Made by a program: the position numbers and the translations under genes. A stretch of 63,382 nucleotides of DNA, the filler included, from Perkinsus chesapeaki ATCC PRA-425 (taxonomy: Eukaryota > Protista > Perkinsozoa): assembly GCA_013115145.1 (NCBI GenBank). It is 4 parts of 4 records of this genome, joined end to end, with 100 filler letters (N's around TTAATTAATTAA, not from the genome) between each part and the next. Parts side by side here need not be neighbours in the genome. Positions count along the whole stretch, not along the records: positions 11,704 to 36,926 come from JAAPAO010000530.1; 3 more parts are not named here. One strand, written 5' to 3'. Position 1 is the stretch's first letter, and the number at the start of each line of letters is the position of its first letter. A model generated the notes under the pieces. The model was not told the origin of the DNA and made no database searches. It saw nothing but the letters and a program-made list of their open reading frames with translations. Positions 13,371-25,800 of the stretch are shown here, one piece after another.

Positions 13371-15059
13371 AGTGTGCAGAGTCCAGTGAAGCGTTGAAGT
13401 AGATCCCCGATAAACAGTTAAGAGGAGGATCCAACTGATAGATAGTTTTAAAGCGAGCGGAAAGCTGACAAAAAATGGCTCACGGAATAGCTTAGTAGTC
13501 GTCTATAGAAGAACAAATCGCTCAAGTGAAACAGCGCGTGCGGCGGGTGCATGTTATGTGTTATGCCTGCTGCATTTGGGTGCTTAGTCGAGTGAACTCG
13601 CATTGTGCGAGTTGCGCACGCGTGCCCCGTGACACGGGGGCCCCGCGACGGGGCCCGTGTTGATGCGCGCGAGGGGGCAATGTCAATGTATCCGACGCAG
13701 TCTTGTTCTATCTACACGAGGTATGTTGTTTCATCTGACTCACCAAGGTGCAGCTTGCCCGGCAAGCCTTGCCGCGGATCTAGTAGTTCTATTTCGTTGT
13801 TAATGAAAAACCAGAATATCAGGGATTTTTTCAACAAACTACGCGCCAAGCAAAGCATGTTTTTTCATTTTTTTATATTTCTTTACATTTTCCGACCAAG
13901 TTCCGGACCGTCCTAACAGCGCCAGCAAATTGTTAAAGTAATCCGTCACCGATCAAGTGCGAACTCTTTGCGTCTTTCTGATGCAGGGCGGCAATCAGGG
14001 CGAACACGAGGCGCCAAATTTCGCCTCCGTTTTCGTTAGAGTACGGCCAGCCAAGGAACTCTGCTATTTCGGATTCTCCACCCACTTCTGTATACTCCTC
14101 ACTTAGCCCTTCATGTATTCGAGAATGCCCGAGGACGGATATCCGGATGAAACATAGAGGGACACATTAAAGTAGGATGTGTTGTATTCTTCACAACAGC
14201 AACACACTACATGCTCTAAGAAAGAAAGAAGCCACAAGTGTTCCAACAAGGGAAGCATAGCAACATCCTCACAGAGTAAAGGGCTGCGGCTGAGATGCTC
14301 GCCCGAGGAATCAATAAACCTTCACGCTGGCGCCATCATGTGGCACACTTCTCTGCGAGTTTCGGTGTCACCGAAACCGAATCGGTGATACCGTCGCCCT
14401 TAAAGAGGATGTGGCCGACCTCGTTCGACTCCTCTCACAGTGTCGGCGAAACAAGTCGAAAGATGATAATGGAAGAGGTTAGGCGATAGCTTGCCGTTTT
14501 GGAAATAAGATGACCCATTTAAAAACCAAACTGGTGGAGCATATACATGCCGTGCGTGATGCACCTACGTGCCTGCGACGGTGATCTGGTACCAAGATCA
14601 CGTTCCACAGACCAAACATACGACTAGTTCTACAAGAGCTTCACAAAGCAAAGGTGAAACCTAAAGCCCGCAGGATTTGGTCCGACTGCATACCGGTACT
14701 GAGGTTAATATTATATTATGTGAGTTCATGCACAGGCTTTTGGCTGCAGAGCTCCACTAGAGAGTTTATAACCGCGTTTCCTCTTGTACTGAACTCTCCT
14801 TGAGCTGGTAATGAAGTTGAGGATACTCAACTGAGAGCCATGTTGCATTCTTTACATCATCATATAAGATCTCTCTGCCATGGTGGGACCTTATATGGCT
14901 TTTATATCATTGCTCTCGTTGTAGGGACGACGGAGCCAGCGGGACCAGTGGAGCCGCAAAGCGTGGCGCAAAGCATGGCACGCTTGCGTCGGCTGCATGA
15001 GTCGGGCTTCCTCATGAACATCTACATTTAACACTTTCTCGCAGCAACTTTTTCAAAGA

Positions 15060-15488
15060 ATGAACCCACTATTCATTATACCTATGCTGGTCGCCTACCT
15101 TCTTGGGTTTGCTCGTGGATACGATGAGTACGATCTCGCAGGTGGCCATAGAGGAGGCTGGTTCTCACCATGCGACGGTGCCCCCAACCCTACCCCACTC
15201 TATGCCATTTTTTTCACTGCATTTTCGGTGACTCTCTATCTTTACACGCCTAACAAGGCAGCGACCGTTCCTCTCGGGCCTTTTGAGTACTATGTAAGGG
15301 ACTTGCCGAATGGATTATACTCGGACGCAGTTGTGCCTACCTTCGATGCCTCTGCTGTAAGACACGAAGACTATGGACAGCTCATCTCGAAATCTTTCGA
15401 CGTCATCTTCGTCTCGGGCGAACATAGTTTGGAGCTCTACCCAGTGAATGACACCCCCGATCGCTTCCTACGTCTTTGCAGGCAATGA
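15060..15488 (+). CDS. Small intronless secreted protein (142 aa), paralog of 16429-16821
   Basis: Signal peptide MNPLFIIPMLVAYLLGFARG. Shares YD..DLA.G.R.GWF.PC and LEL.P......LRLCR with the neighbouring ORF. Confidence 0.88.
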   Translation: MNPLFIIPMLVAYLLGFARGYDEYDLAGGHRGGWFSPCDGAPNPTPLYAIFFTAFSVTLYLYTPNKAATVPLGPFEYYVRDLPNGLYSDAVVPTFDASAVRHEDYGQLISKSFDVIFVSGEHSLELYPVNDTPDRFLRLCRQ

Positions 15489-16428
15489 AGAGCTATTGTG
15501 TGAAATGGGGCATCGAATGAAACCACAGATGGCTTACGAATATATGCTCTAAAAAGAAAACTGTTGTATGTATTCAGGTTGTCGGTTTATTGCTTTTGAG
15601 AATTCCTTTGAGGAATTTCCTTGTTATCCACCTGATACCGTCATGCCTTGTGCGTTGCTTCGAAAAACGAGGTTAACCACATTCCCCCCGTTCAAATCGA
15701 GTTTTGTTTTCAATCGCGACCTAGAGTGACAGTAGTCATCCCTTGAAAACATAACGGAAACTAACTGAACTCGACTGAAACTCGACCTTGAATACATAAC
15801 TTTTGTCCAAGTGCGGGAAGGGGGGCCTTCCCGATTGCTTGGACTCCGAAACATGGGTATGTTAAATAGGTTTCAGGACTGGAGAGAGTGTTCGCGCGCT
15901 TCTCTCACCCACGATTGGATGTATAAAACGGTCACAGATACGCGGCTGGACATGATATTAGAGACTAGATCATTTTGAGCTCAATCCACTCGTTCAGTTG
16001 TTGAGTCGGGCAGTGCAAGTGCATCTCCTTACAGAAAGTTTTGAGATCTGCCACGTCACGAACAGACCATGGATACCATGCTCCACCGAAAGGAGGTTTA
16101 CTAGTTATTCATTTATCACTCTCGTGTGATTTTCACTCCTCTCGACTTCGCTGGTACCGTACCACAAGCTATGGTCGATAACCCACATTATCAAGTCTCT
16201 TACTAGGCTGTCTTGGTTGGAATTTTCCTGCCTGTTCAATCCTTCACCTCCGGCGTAGACATACTGGCGCTAGTGGTTCCGCGTTTCGCAATTCTGACAG
16301 GATTCTTTCTAATTGGGATAATCGCCCCGGCCTTTGACGGTTCAGACAACTTTGTTCACAAGTGTTGAATTATTTCATTATCTATCTTTGTGCTTCCTAG
16401 GAGTAAGTTGTTCCAAGCACTGAGTCCA

Positions 16429-16821
16429 ATGTCCATCATCTCTACTTTGGTCCTTTGCCTAATCGGGGTTGCTCAAAGCAAGTACGACCAGTTAGATCTC
16501 GCACAAGGCTGTAGAAGCGGGTGGTTCTTACCATGTGGTCATAACCCGACCAGCCTCCATGACGTCTACTTCAACGTCTTGTCGGTAAGCTTTTACGCTC
16601 GCAACGATAGCGGCACAGGATTCTTCAAGCTCGGGGCTTTGAAGTACGAAGTGGTCGAGGACGAAGTCAGATTTACCGAATATGTACCCAATACGGTATA
16701 CCAGCCTCTTGCCCCTTATTTCACCAAGCTAACTTTCGAGCGTATCACCATTATAGATCGGGATACACTGGAACTCTCCCCTTTGAATTTCATTGACACC
16801 CTCCGCCTTTGCAGGCACTGA
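16429..16821 (+). CDS. Small intronless secreted protein (130 aa), paralog of 15060-15488
   Basis: First ATG at 16429 gives the signal peptide MSIISTLVLCLIGVAQS. Shared N- and C-terminal motifs and similar 3' flanks. Confidence 0.88.
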   Translation: MSIISTLVLCLIGVAQSKYDQLDLAQGCRSGWFLPCGHNPTSLHDVYFNVLSVSFYARNDSGTGFFKLGALKYEVVEDEVRFTEYVPNTVYQPLAPYFTKLTFERITIIDRDTLELSPLNFIDTLRLCRH

Positions 16822-17327
16822 GGGCATAGTTGGTGAAATGTGGCTATCAACTAAAGCCATAATAGCATATAACTATGTGAACTCATGAAAAAAGTTTGTT
16901 GTATGTGCTCCGAAGCTGAACTTCAGATTGTAGAGTCGTTCTTGAAAAGTACGCGATAGGAATCAATTCCCCTATCACTGATCTAATATCTTCATATGCG
17001 GGATGTCGTGTTGCTTCGATGAGGTCAACTACGTTTCCATGCTTTCACATTCAAGTGTTGCGCTAAGTGAGCGCACTTCCTTGGGAGGGCGACTCATCCC
17101 CTATAACAGACACAGAAGAGACATTACAGTAACTAGCAGCTACTAACTACACACCCAACTTCAATAGACTTGGCGAATGTTCAAGCTACACCAAATGTGC
17201 ACTTTCATAGCTACTTCAATTGACATATCTTACACAAGAGCAAATAAGAAACGATATTTCGCAAGTCAACATAGTACTGATACTGAACCGAAAGTTTGCC
17301 GTCAACGATTGAGCGATGATATAAGAA

Positions 17328-20300
17328 TCATTTCAACTCAAGCAGCTGCTTCAGTGTCTCCCGTTCCTTACTCGTTGCCCAGCTCCCATCCGGGAAGGTG
17401 CTTCGGAGATCTTGTATGCCCTGGGCCACCATCGAAAAGATAGTGTCTCGCCTCTTGTTCACATCGGGGCCAGCACCAGTAGGACGGGTAACCCGTGGGA
17501 CACTAGTCAGACTGCCGAGCTTAGGCACTGGACTCGGACTTGCCTCCATTGCCAAGACCCTCCCCCGCGGAACAGGAGACTTCTGTGCCGAGAGCGTAGG
17601 GGACTTGGGAACCTTGTCGGAACTAGCGGTCGGGGTCTTATTTATTGCCGCCAACCGAGTTGCAATTGCGCCCATCTTCCCAGGCGTTGACTGGTTATCA
17701 TCTAACCAGCTAGCAGGGGTGGGAGGACCAGAACTAGAGTGATCATCACCAGGAATATCAATCGAAGGCTTAGACTTAGCAGCCGCAGCTCTGAGCCCCG
17801 TGCTCGCCTTGGCAGTCGTCACCGCGCGCGGCGGAGGCGGTGGAGCTGCTTTGAGGCTAAACTGTGCCATTTTCGTTAGGCCAGGGATATCCAACTGAGA
17901 TGCCATCACTTTCCGTATCTCGCTCTCTGATAGTCCCCCAGATGCTTGCACACGTATATCTCCAGCCTCGGCTACTTTGGAGCTAACGGATGGCCTGGAA
18001 CTTCCAAGCGACGGGGCCGTCAGCCGACTACATGGAGACATCCCTTGTATAGGCGCTGCCGCCGGACTGACTTGTCGTGTGGGAGCGGCGACTTTCCCGA
18101 CAGGCTTCGCCGGGGCCTCTTTAGTCGCCCTACCAATGCTTGTCGCAGGGACAGGTCCAACTCCTGGCGGGTGGCTCAACCTAGGATTAGGGGCGGCCTT
18201 CTTGGTAAGGGCAGGGGCTCCAGATACTGGGTGTGCATTCTTAGCTATCGCCGTCGGAGTGACCCTCCCGTTGCCTCGACGAGCACTTGCTTCGCCCACC
18301 ATGGCCGCCTGAGCTGCCTTGAGGCTGATAGGAGCCGTTGTTTTGCTGGGACCACCGCTCTTCGGCATGGCTTTCCTCAGTGCCGCCGCTTCATGTTCCG
18401 AGCCGTTGGAAATCCTAGGGGAAGGTCCTACGGAGGACGCAGTCTCACTGGACCCTCCTTTCTTCGGGAGCTTGCTTGTGGAGGCCGAGCTCACCAGTTT
18501 AGCTCGCTTGGCAGGAGGAGGCGACTCAGACCAGGGATGCCCAGATGACGTGCCACTCGACGGACGCAGCCGTGCTTTCATCCGAGGAAGGCTCACTCTA
18601 GACCACTGTTCGATGCACTCATCTAGGTAGGACCTGCGAACAGCCAGAATCCATGTAATGTTGATAGCAGTAGTGCGCACCTGTCCTCGGGGCCCACCGT
18701 GTCCAGCATTGAAGCATTTATGTTGCCTCGATGAAATCTCTTTGTGAGCTCTTGAACGTAGTAGTTAACCCATTTCTTCGGGTCGTTAACACCCTTCTTA
18801 ACCATCGGCACTTTGAAGCCCATTCGCTCCCAGAAGAGCCGCTCCTAACAAGTAAGCCGATAAGTAATGCTCGGAGAGGCGTAGGTTACTTGGTAAGGCC
18901 TCCAGAAACAACGTGTAAGATTCTCACTGGCCATGACCCATTCAAAGCACTCTGGCATAAGCCATGCTCCATGCAGCCTATCAACCCTGAGAAGATCCAT
19001 TAATGCCAGTTCTAGGCCAGGGGCATCATCTCAGTGTGAGGGCTACTTTCCCAGACTCTAGGGCCCAGAGGCCGCCCCGCCTTACTGTTGCGGAAGTAGT
19101 TTCTTGTCAGCAGATCTCCTCCTTTTCGTGGTCTCTTTAATATCCTGGATTTGGGTGTTAGTCAATCCAAGCTAAAACAGTACCAAGTGGAGCACAACCA
19201 AACCGAGCCTACCGCAGCGTCCAAGAACACGAAGGCTAGATTTGTGGGCGGCGGGCGGCTGGTTTTCTCTCCCCGTATGGCTGCGAGGAGAGTCCGAATA
19301 ATCTCTGTGGTGAAGCGGAGTTCGCCAAAGTCGCAGGCATAAATGTAGCCGTCTTTGAGCAGGTCAACTGAAGAAGACGCTTGCGGTTTACTAGCGAACA
19401 CGTTAATTGACATGAAGATCATCATAATATAATCGAGCATGATGCTTACATAGTGGCGAATCAATATTAGGACACCAGTTAACAGGAATGAGATAGAATT
19501 GACATATGGAAAAAATATAATTCCATCAATTAGAAAATGACGCTATTAACCTCACGTTGACATGTGATAGACTCGCACAGCATAGAACGGGTGATGGTAT
19601 CTCAAAGTCTCACAACACAAGCCACGAGTATACTGGATGATGATGCCTATGGTTCGCGGCTTCCTTGATTATATAGCCAGGTTTTATCGCACTAGTCAAA
19701 GCATGTAAATTATCCGATTTCAGGAACAGTGCTGTGACAGCACCCAACTGCTACCGCTAAGCGCTCCCCTCCCCTGCAGATCGCCGAAAAATCCAATTAT
19801 CAAAGATGACACGATTGAGCACCCATTCGAGAAGCGATACTAAAACTACACTACTTTCCGGGCATACTCGACGATTGTCTTACCTAGAGCTGCCATGCAC
19901 TCAATATCCTTACCCAGAACGGTGACCTCGCCGAGGGAGAGCATGTGGATGGCGGGGCCGCGTCTCCGTATTGAGGACAAGATGAGGAGGAAGTCCGACT
20001 TGGACGGATCTGGTACTTTGTCGCGGAACGAGAACACTGGGCCTGCAAAGTGAGACAGACAAGTACTATTTTATTCTCGCTGGCATGGGAAACCTCACAA
20101 TCCCCGATAAACGAAAGACGGTGATGCTTACTCGGTTCTGGATCTGTCAGTAACACACTTGCCACCCTCTTGGCCGAGTTCGATATCAAAAATCCGCCTC
20201 TTGGCACACCAATGTACTCCGGCGTTGTTATTATAACCTAAGTTGATACCTCACGTGGCTGAGCATATCACAACATCAAGCGCTAATAGGAGGAGAGACT

Positions 20301-22102
20301 TGAAAGTATCTTTCCCGTATCAGGACTGATATGATTAATAATAATGTTATCAGTATTCAATGATGAACGGGGTACACCGAAAAACGCCTAAACCCGGGAA
20401 CTATCAATCAATACTCCACTGCAGACTGGCGCCGCCCCTCTTACCTCCATCTCGTGACAAGGCACATCCATCGCACAGGCGCACGGTGGTACATCAGGAC
20501 CTTCGTCAAATTGCCCTATTGGCGTCATCACCCCGCTTTCGGCCTCACCCTCGGCGGAAGTATGTTCCCTCTCTTCGTGTCGCAAGGCTTGCTCGGAGAT
20601 ATCCAAAAGCACTTCACCAGCTCCCAGCTCTATTAGGCCACCGGAAGAGACCGCGCCCCCACTTCCCTGACCAGTATCCCACTTAGGAAGGCTTTCATTG
20701 GAGGACATTCTGAGAGAATCACCGTGGCCTTGAATTGATCGTCACTGAGCCAACACAGTGCTCTGTGAAAGAAACTGGGTTAGTCATGCTCCCCGGAGGA
20801 CGGGCCCTGAGGCATGCAGTCGGCAGAAGTTGCGTTTTATCTGAGGAGGACCCTTACCGAGCCAGCATTAATCAGGACCTCTGCCAGAAGGCGCATATCG
20901 TGAATCAAAAGAATGGATTGTAGTACGTTTAGGAATTTACCACCACCGTTTTCGGAGCAATGCTGCACGCCTCGTCTACAGGAAGGACACACGGAATTCT
21001 TCATGGCTTCGCTACAATTATTTCCCCATCGACGCGAAGTTTGCGACACACAGTGAGATCTGCAAATTGTCTCATTCTGCGGAATGGTTCCGCCGGAGGC
21101 GTAGCTGTGAGATGAATAAGACACGCTGCTGATGCTGCTCACTCTGACACATCTCTCGTAAAGGTTCATATCCACTACATCTGCTGCACATGGTATAACA
21201 AGGCCGACCTGACAGCAAAAGTCAAGTGTATAATTATTATACACTTCAATATTCATTATACAAATACTTCGGGCTTCGACATTATACTATAATGTCTGAG
21301 CCCCAAGTACTTGACGACATCGAGATCGAAGCTGAAATTCCCACCCCTACCCAAAATTGATGTTCACCCACCATCGTGGAAGTTAGCTCTTCAATAGCGA
21401 TTTGCGGGTAGGTACTTTTTATTGTTATATCGAATAGGGCAACAAGCCCTATTCGGACCACAACGGGGCCAATGGCTGGAGTCTAACGTGGGAATAGAAG
21501 TCGCGGAGATCCACACTAACAATTCGTAGAAATTGGAAATTCGAGATAAAGTGAACTATTTCACGGACTTGACAACCAGTACGGTATCGGAACTGAGGGA
21601 TATATCACAAGGCTCAGACACGGCAACTATGAACCCCCTGTGGAGGCTACTTTAACCACGGGCACCTCTAACCCAGCTTCATCTAGACACTGCTGTGTAG
21701 TGAACAACTGAGGATGCCGAAGGTTGAGGTCTTCCGGCATTGCACGCGCCAAGCCCGGTCGCAAGCTACCGATCACCGTTACCCAAGAGCCGACCGCCCT
21801 GATCGAAGATAAAACACACACCGACTCGGGGGCGAAGTACATATGCTCGAAAGGCCTCCACAACTCTGTGAGATCTGCCCATATACAGGAGCCTCTATCG
21901 TGCAGCAGAAAAAACCGCGCGCCCTGAATATTCTCTGACCGCAGCACCTAACGCTGCATCAGTTCCTCGTCGCTGTGCGATGGCATGCTCCCACCTCTCC
22001 CACAACTCGGATGAATTTATCTTCATCTCTAATCCCTCTAAATCGTTCATCCTCGAGAAGCTCTCTAATCATCACAACCTCCGATGCATGCATCCTTTCC
22101 AT
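17328..22102 (-). CDS. Large multi-exon hypothetical protein with a long Ser/Pro/Ala/Lys-rich disordered C-terminus; possible GNAT-like motifs
   Basis: The 450-aa terminal ORF 17328-18680 is preceded by a chain of co-oriented exon-like ORFs (RLFWERMGFK, MAALGKTIVEYAR). Likely ATG at 22102. Exon structure only partly resolved. Confidence 0.55.
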
Positions 22103-22207
22103 TACGGCAACCAAACTCCTAATCGGAGTCGGAGTATATGACAGCCCTATGATTATAAAGCGTCACCGTAGCTGCGAAGAGGTGCAAAAGGCATCCGAAA
22201 TTTTGCT

Positions 22208-22310
22208 ATTTCCCTGGAAATTTCACATTTTTCCCTGGAAATTTCGCGATTTCCCCTGAAAACTTCACATTTTTCCCTGGAAATTTTGGGATTTTTTTCC
22301 GAGAATTTCA
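22208..22310. repeat. Five degenerate tandem ~20-bp units with core TTTCCCTGGAAATTT
   Basis: Directly visible: atttccctggaaatttcac / atttttccctggaaatttcgcg / atttcccctgaaaacttcac / atttttccctggaaattttggg / atttttttccgagaatttca. Confidence 0.85.
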
Positions 22311-22849
22311 TCACTATCATAGAGGCACAATTCCAACCCCACTTCTGACTATTGTTAGACTGGACACAACAGGCAGCGCAAGGCAGTGAAAATGGTTGTC
22401 AATATACGTAATTTGCTCCAGCTAACCGGCGAGTGCCCACAACTGGGGGTCTTCTATCATGGGTGGATTCGGGTAAGGATCTGAACCAACAGCGGCGGTT
22501 ACTAACGGGGCTGTCTCCAGATCACCTACCTGTCGCCATGGTCTTCTGGACAAGATTCTGTAACCGCAGCAGGACCAAGTCCACCGAGTCTCTACAGCGG
22601 TCGGTTATCACGCCAGCAGTCGAGAACCTGCCAAAAGCGTTTCCGCAGTAAACTCGGTCTTCCGATATTTCCATTTAGTTTACACGCCTTCTCCGGTTGC
22701 TGACGAGCCGCGCACGGTGTTTTGAAAATTTTTGGAGTCGGAATGCTCACGGCAATTTTTTGCAAGTTTCGACCCGGTTTTCCTTGAGTTTCACGATGAA
22801 AGACATTTTTTAGGTATAATCCCCTTTTCTTCTAGCAAGAGAGTTTAAT

Positions 22850-25800
22850 GAAAGCTGATGGACTCTAAAAAATACGTCGAGCGGCAACATGCGTAGGTTC
22901 TAGACTGCTACGCGTGCTGCAAGCCTTACACTTCCTCGCTCCGAACTGTGGCCAGAACATCGTATGCCGCGCGCGGCTTGGAGCTGCTCTTAGATACTTC
23001 AGTGAGAGCTAGAAGACGCATCGCTGCCAACTCCAGTGTTCGAGAGCACTTCTCCAGCCACTCGTCGACAGTAACCTGGGCAGTGGACAGATGCTCGAAC
23101 ACACGCAACGGGCTCCTACGTGCGTGGGACACAAGTCCGTCAACATAGCGCCGGTCTCAGCCACGAAGGCCTCCCGCGGTAATAGTGGCGAGACTCCCCA
23201 ACATAAGCCATCATAGTGAGGCGCAACGTCCGCCAGAGGGGACCTTCCGTTCTTGCTAGAATCACCCTGAATGAAGTGGATGCACTGAGAATCGATTACA
23301 AACCTCTACCTGTACTCGTGGGAAAGCTTCATCGAATGCCCCATGCAACGGTGACAGAGGCTCCTTGCGGGCCTTAGCTGCACTGACCTATACAACAGAT
23401 AACCGCACTCCGCAGAAGCTACTATCCTCACCTTGGGAGTCGGCGGATGCGCTGTTGACGTTCCTGACTTACCCTCCAAACTTTGAGGGCACAACCATAA
23501 TGATAAAGGTACCGCGCTGAAGAACATGAAATGGCATTCCGAAGAGTTCCCAAGTGCGCTGGGGTATTGACTTCGAGACTGATCGAGCGGTAACCGAAGA
23601 GTGGGATGCTGAGATTTCTCTCAAGCAGAAGATGCTGATCTATTATTACGTCAATGATAACTTAAATACAAAGTCGAAGAAAGCGCCTTAAAGGAAGGAA
23701 ACAGTCGCATCGCGGACCCGCAAGAAGTGTGTTTCGACCCTGCAACCCATCACTGACTGGGAGGTACGAGGTGGGGAGACAAAGACTCATGTCATTTCAA
23801 AGCTTGTATGTCAGCTTAGTCATCTTTATATCAGCTTACTTTTCCCCCTTCCATCGACATATCAGCAGGGACCGCCGCAGAGACTCAGAAGAGCACACAG
23901 TCGATGCCACGAAGTCGCATAGCTGAAAACATTATTAAAATAATAACGCTTCTCGGCATTGCGGTCTTACCCGCCGAATGCAGTCCAAGAGCGACTCAAA
24001 GTATGCGTTGAAGGTATGGTCACTAGCAGATGGTGAGGGCGCCAATAGTGTACATTCTATTATATCCAAGCATAGCCTGACAGTCATAGAGGAGTGCCAA
24101 CAGCAAGCCAAACGCAACGTTCAACGACCAACCCTCTGCGCATCCCCTCGAAAGCGTTCCGATGCCAAATTGTGGATCTCCCTACAAGCGATGCGCCCCT
24201 ACCAGTAAACCCTCTGAGTGTATATACTCGGTGGATTGGCTCCAACAGTGACCACCTCATCATCGAAGATAGTCTGAATGTCGCATCGCCCCTGCAGTTT
24301 CTCAACCCTCGACTTCGGATACCTGGTGAGATACTTGCCCAGTCTCACCAGCCAGAGGTGCCCTACATGGTGTCCGCGTCCTGAGTGAGCAGCGCCGCAT
24401 AGGAGAACCCGCCAACAATAACTTTGCCACTTCCGCGTAATAAACCTGGAAGCAAAAGTGCCAGTGGTAACAGCGCTGGCAATTCTAACTTATAATGCGT
24501 GTCAGCTGAGTTCAGCGATTCGGTTCTCGATTGGTGATAGAAAATACTCTATTTACTGTTGGGAGAAGAAAGAGGCCTTAGTTTTGCGACTTACAAATAA
24601 GATTGGAGGCCATGCAACATTATGTGATATGGATAATGCCGGTGCTACGGAGAATTAAACAGCGCGTCTAGCCTCGGAGGAGAGCGATGATGGGAAACGG
24701 CCAAACCAACTTACTTGCAACCAAAGAGGCCTCCTCCAGCCCCGCCAGCTCTCCGCAATGAGCTCCTCGAGCCAATGCACGTGCGGGCCACTGATCAGAC
24801 TCCTGCAGCACAGAGGTACGTGTAATCTAGAAAGACTTAACTGCAAACACAGAGCTCTCCCAAACCCTACCTCCAACGACCTCGTAGCAACGTAGAGCTC
24901 CGCTAGCCAATCCTGATAGGCTGGAGCTCGGACACCGTTGCTGTAAGCCGGGCCGATGTACGCCTTCTGCAGTTTAGCCTTACGGCCCGATAATAGAGGT
25001 GATAACTGAGCTGGTGGGGCCTGGAAAGAGGGACATACTATATCACCTCCTCTTAGACGCGCTCGCGTCCTATGTGGCAAGTGTGCGGCAACGGTGGCTT
25101 ACCCCAATGGACTGCAGCAGCCCGATAAGTACGCCCAGTCTGCCACACCCGATTCGACGAGCAATACCGGACTCTTGAATTGCTGTCATCAGATGGGATG
25201 TCCGACAGTTTGGCCAGATAGATAGAGCACTGACGAGGATCTCGCAGCAACTTTGTGGGCAATGCTGTAGAGCAGGCGAGCTGATGTCCAGGATACCACA
25301 CAGCAACCTGAATACCACTTACAGGAGGAGGAAAGGATAGCATAGGAGTGTAAAAGAAATACAATCTACACAAGGGCCATTAAAAATGGGCCTTTGGGTG
25401 CTCGAAGCTCCGGTAAAAGACGATATGCCTCCGCGAGAGAAGACTTCCCTGAAAGGCTGATTCTACATCTTTACACAGTGCAAAAAACTCTGAGCAAGTT
25501 CTACGGCAAATCGCTGCTGTCTCGCAATTCCGACGTGAGAAGTTCAATTGCTAACGGAGCTCGGATAGCTAAGCAGTGTTGAAACTAAGTGCATTACTCT
25601 ATCAACCAACTTCATAATCAATGCGATATGACACTTTCCACGGCCCCTACCTAAACCGTGACAGATCATCCCTCCCCACGAGTTTCTAGACACACAGATA
25701 GAATGATACATGACCAAGGCGGCAATGACCTTATCGACCAAGACTCTTACTCATCAATCGTGGGTGCTAGTCCATCCACCTCAGCCTTGGCTAAGTCCGA

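Noticed and set aside
17398-18630. Several long plus-strand ORFs
   Set aside because: Antisense shadows of the GC-rich low-complexity 450-aa minus-strand exon.
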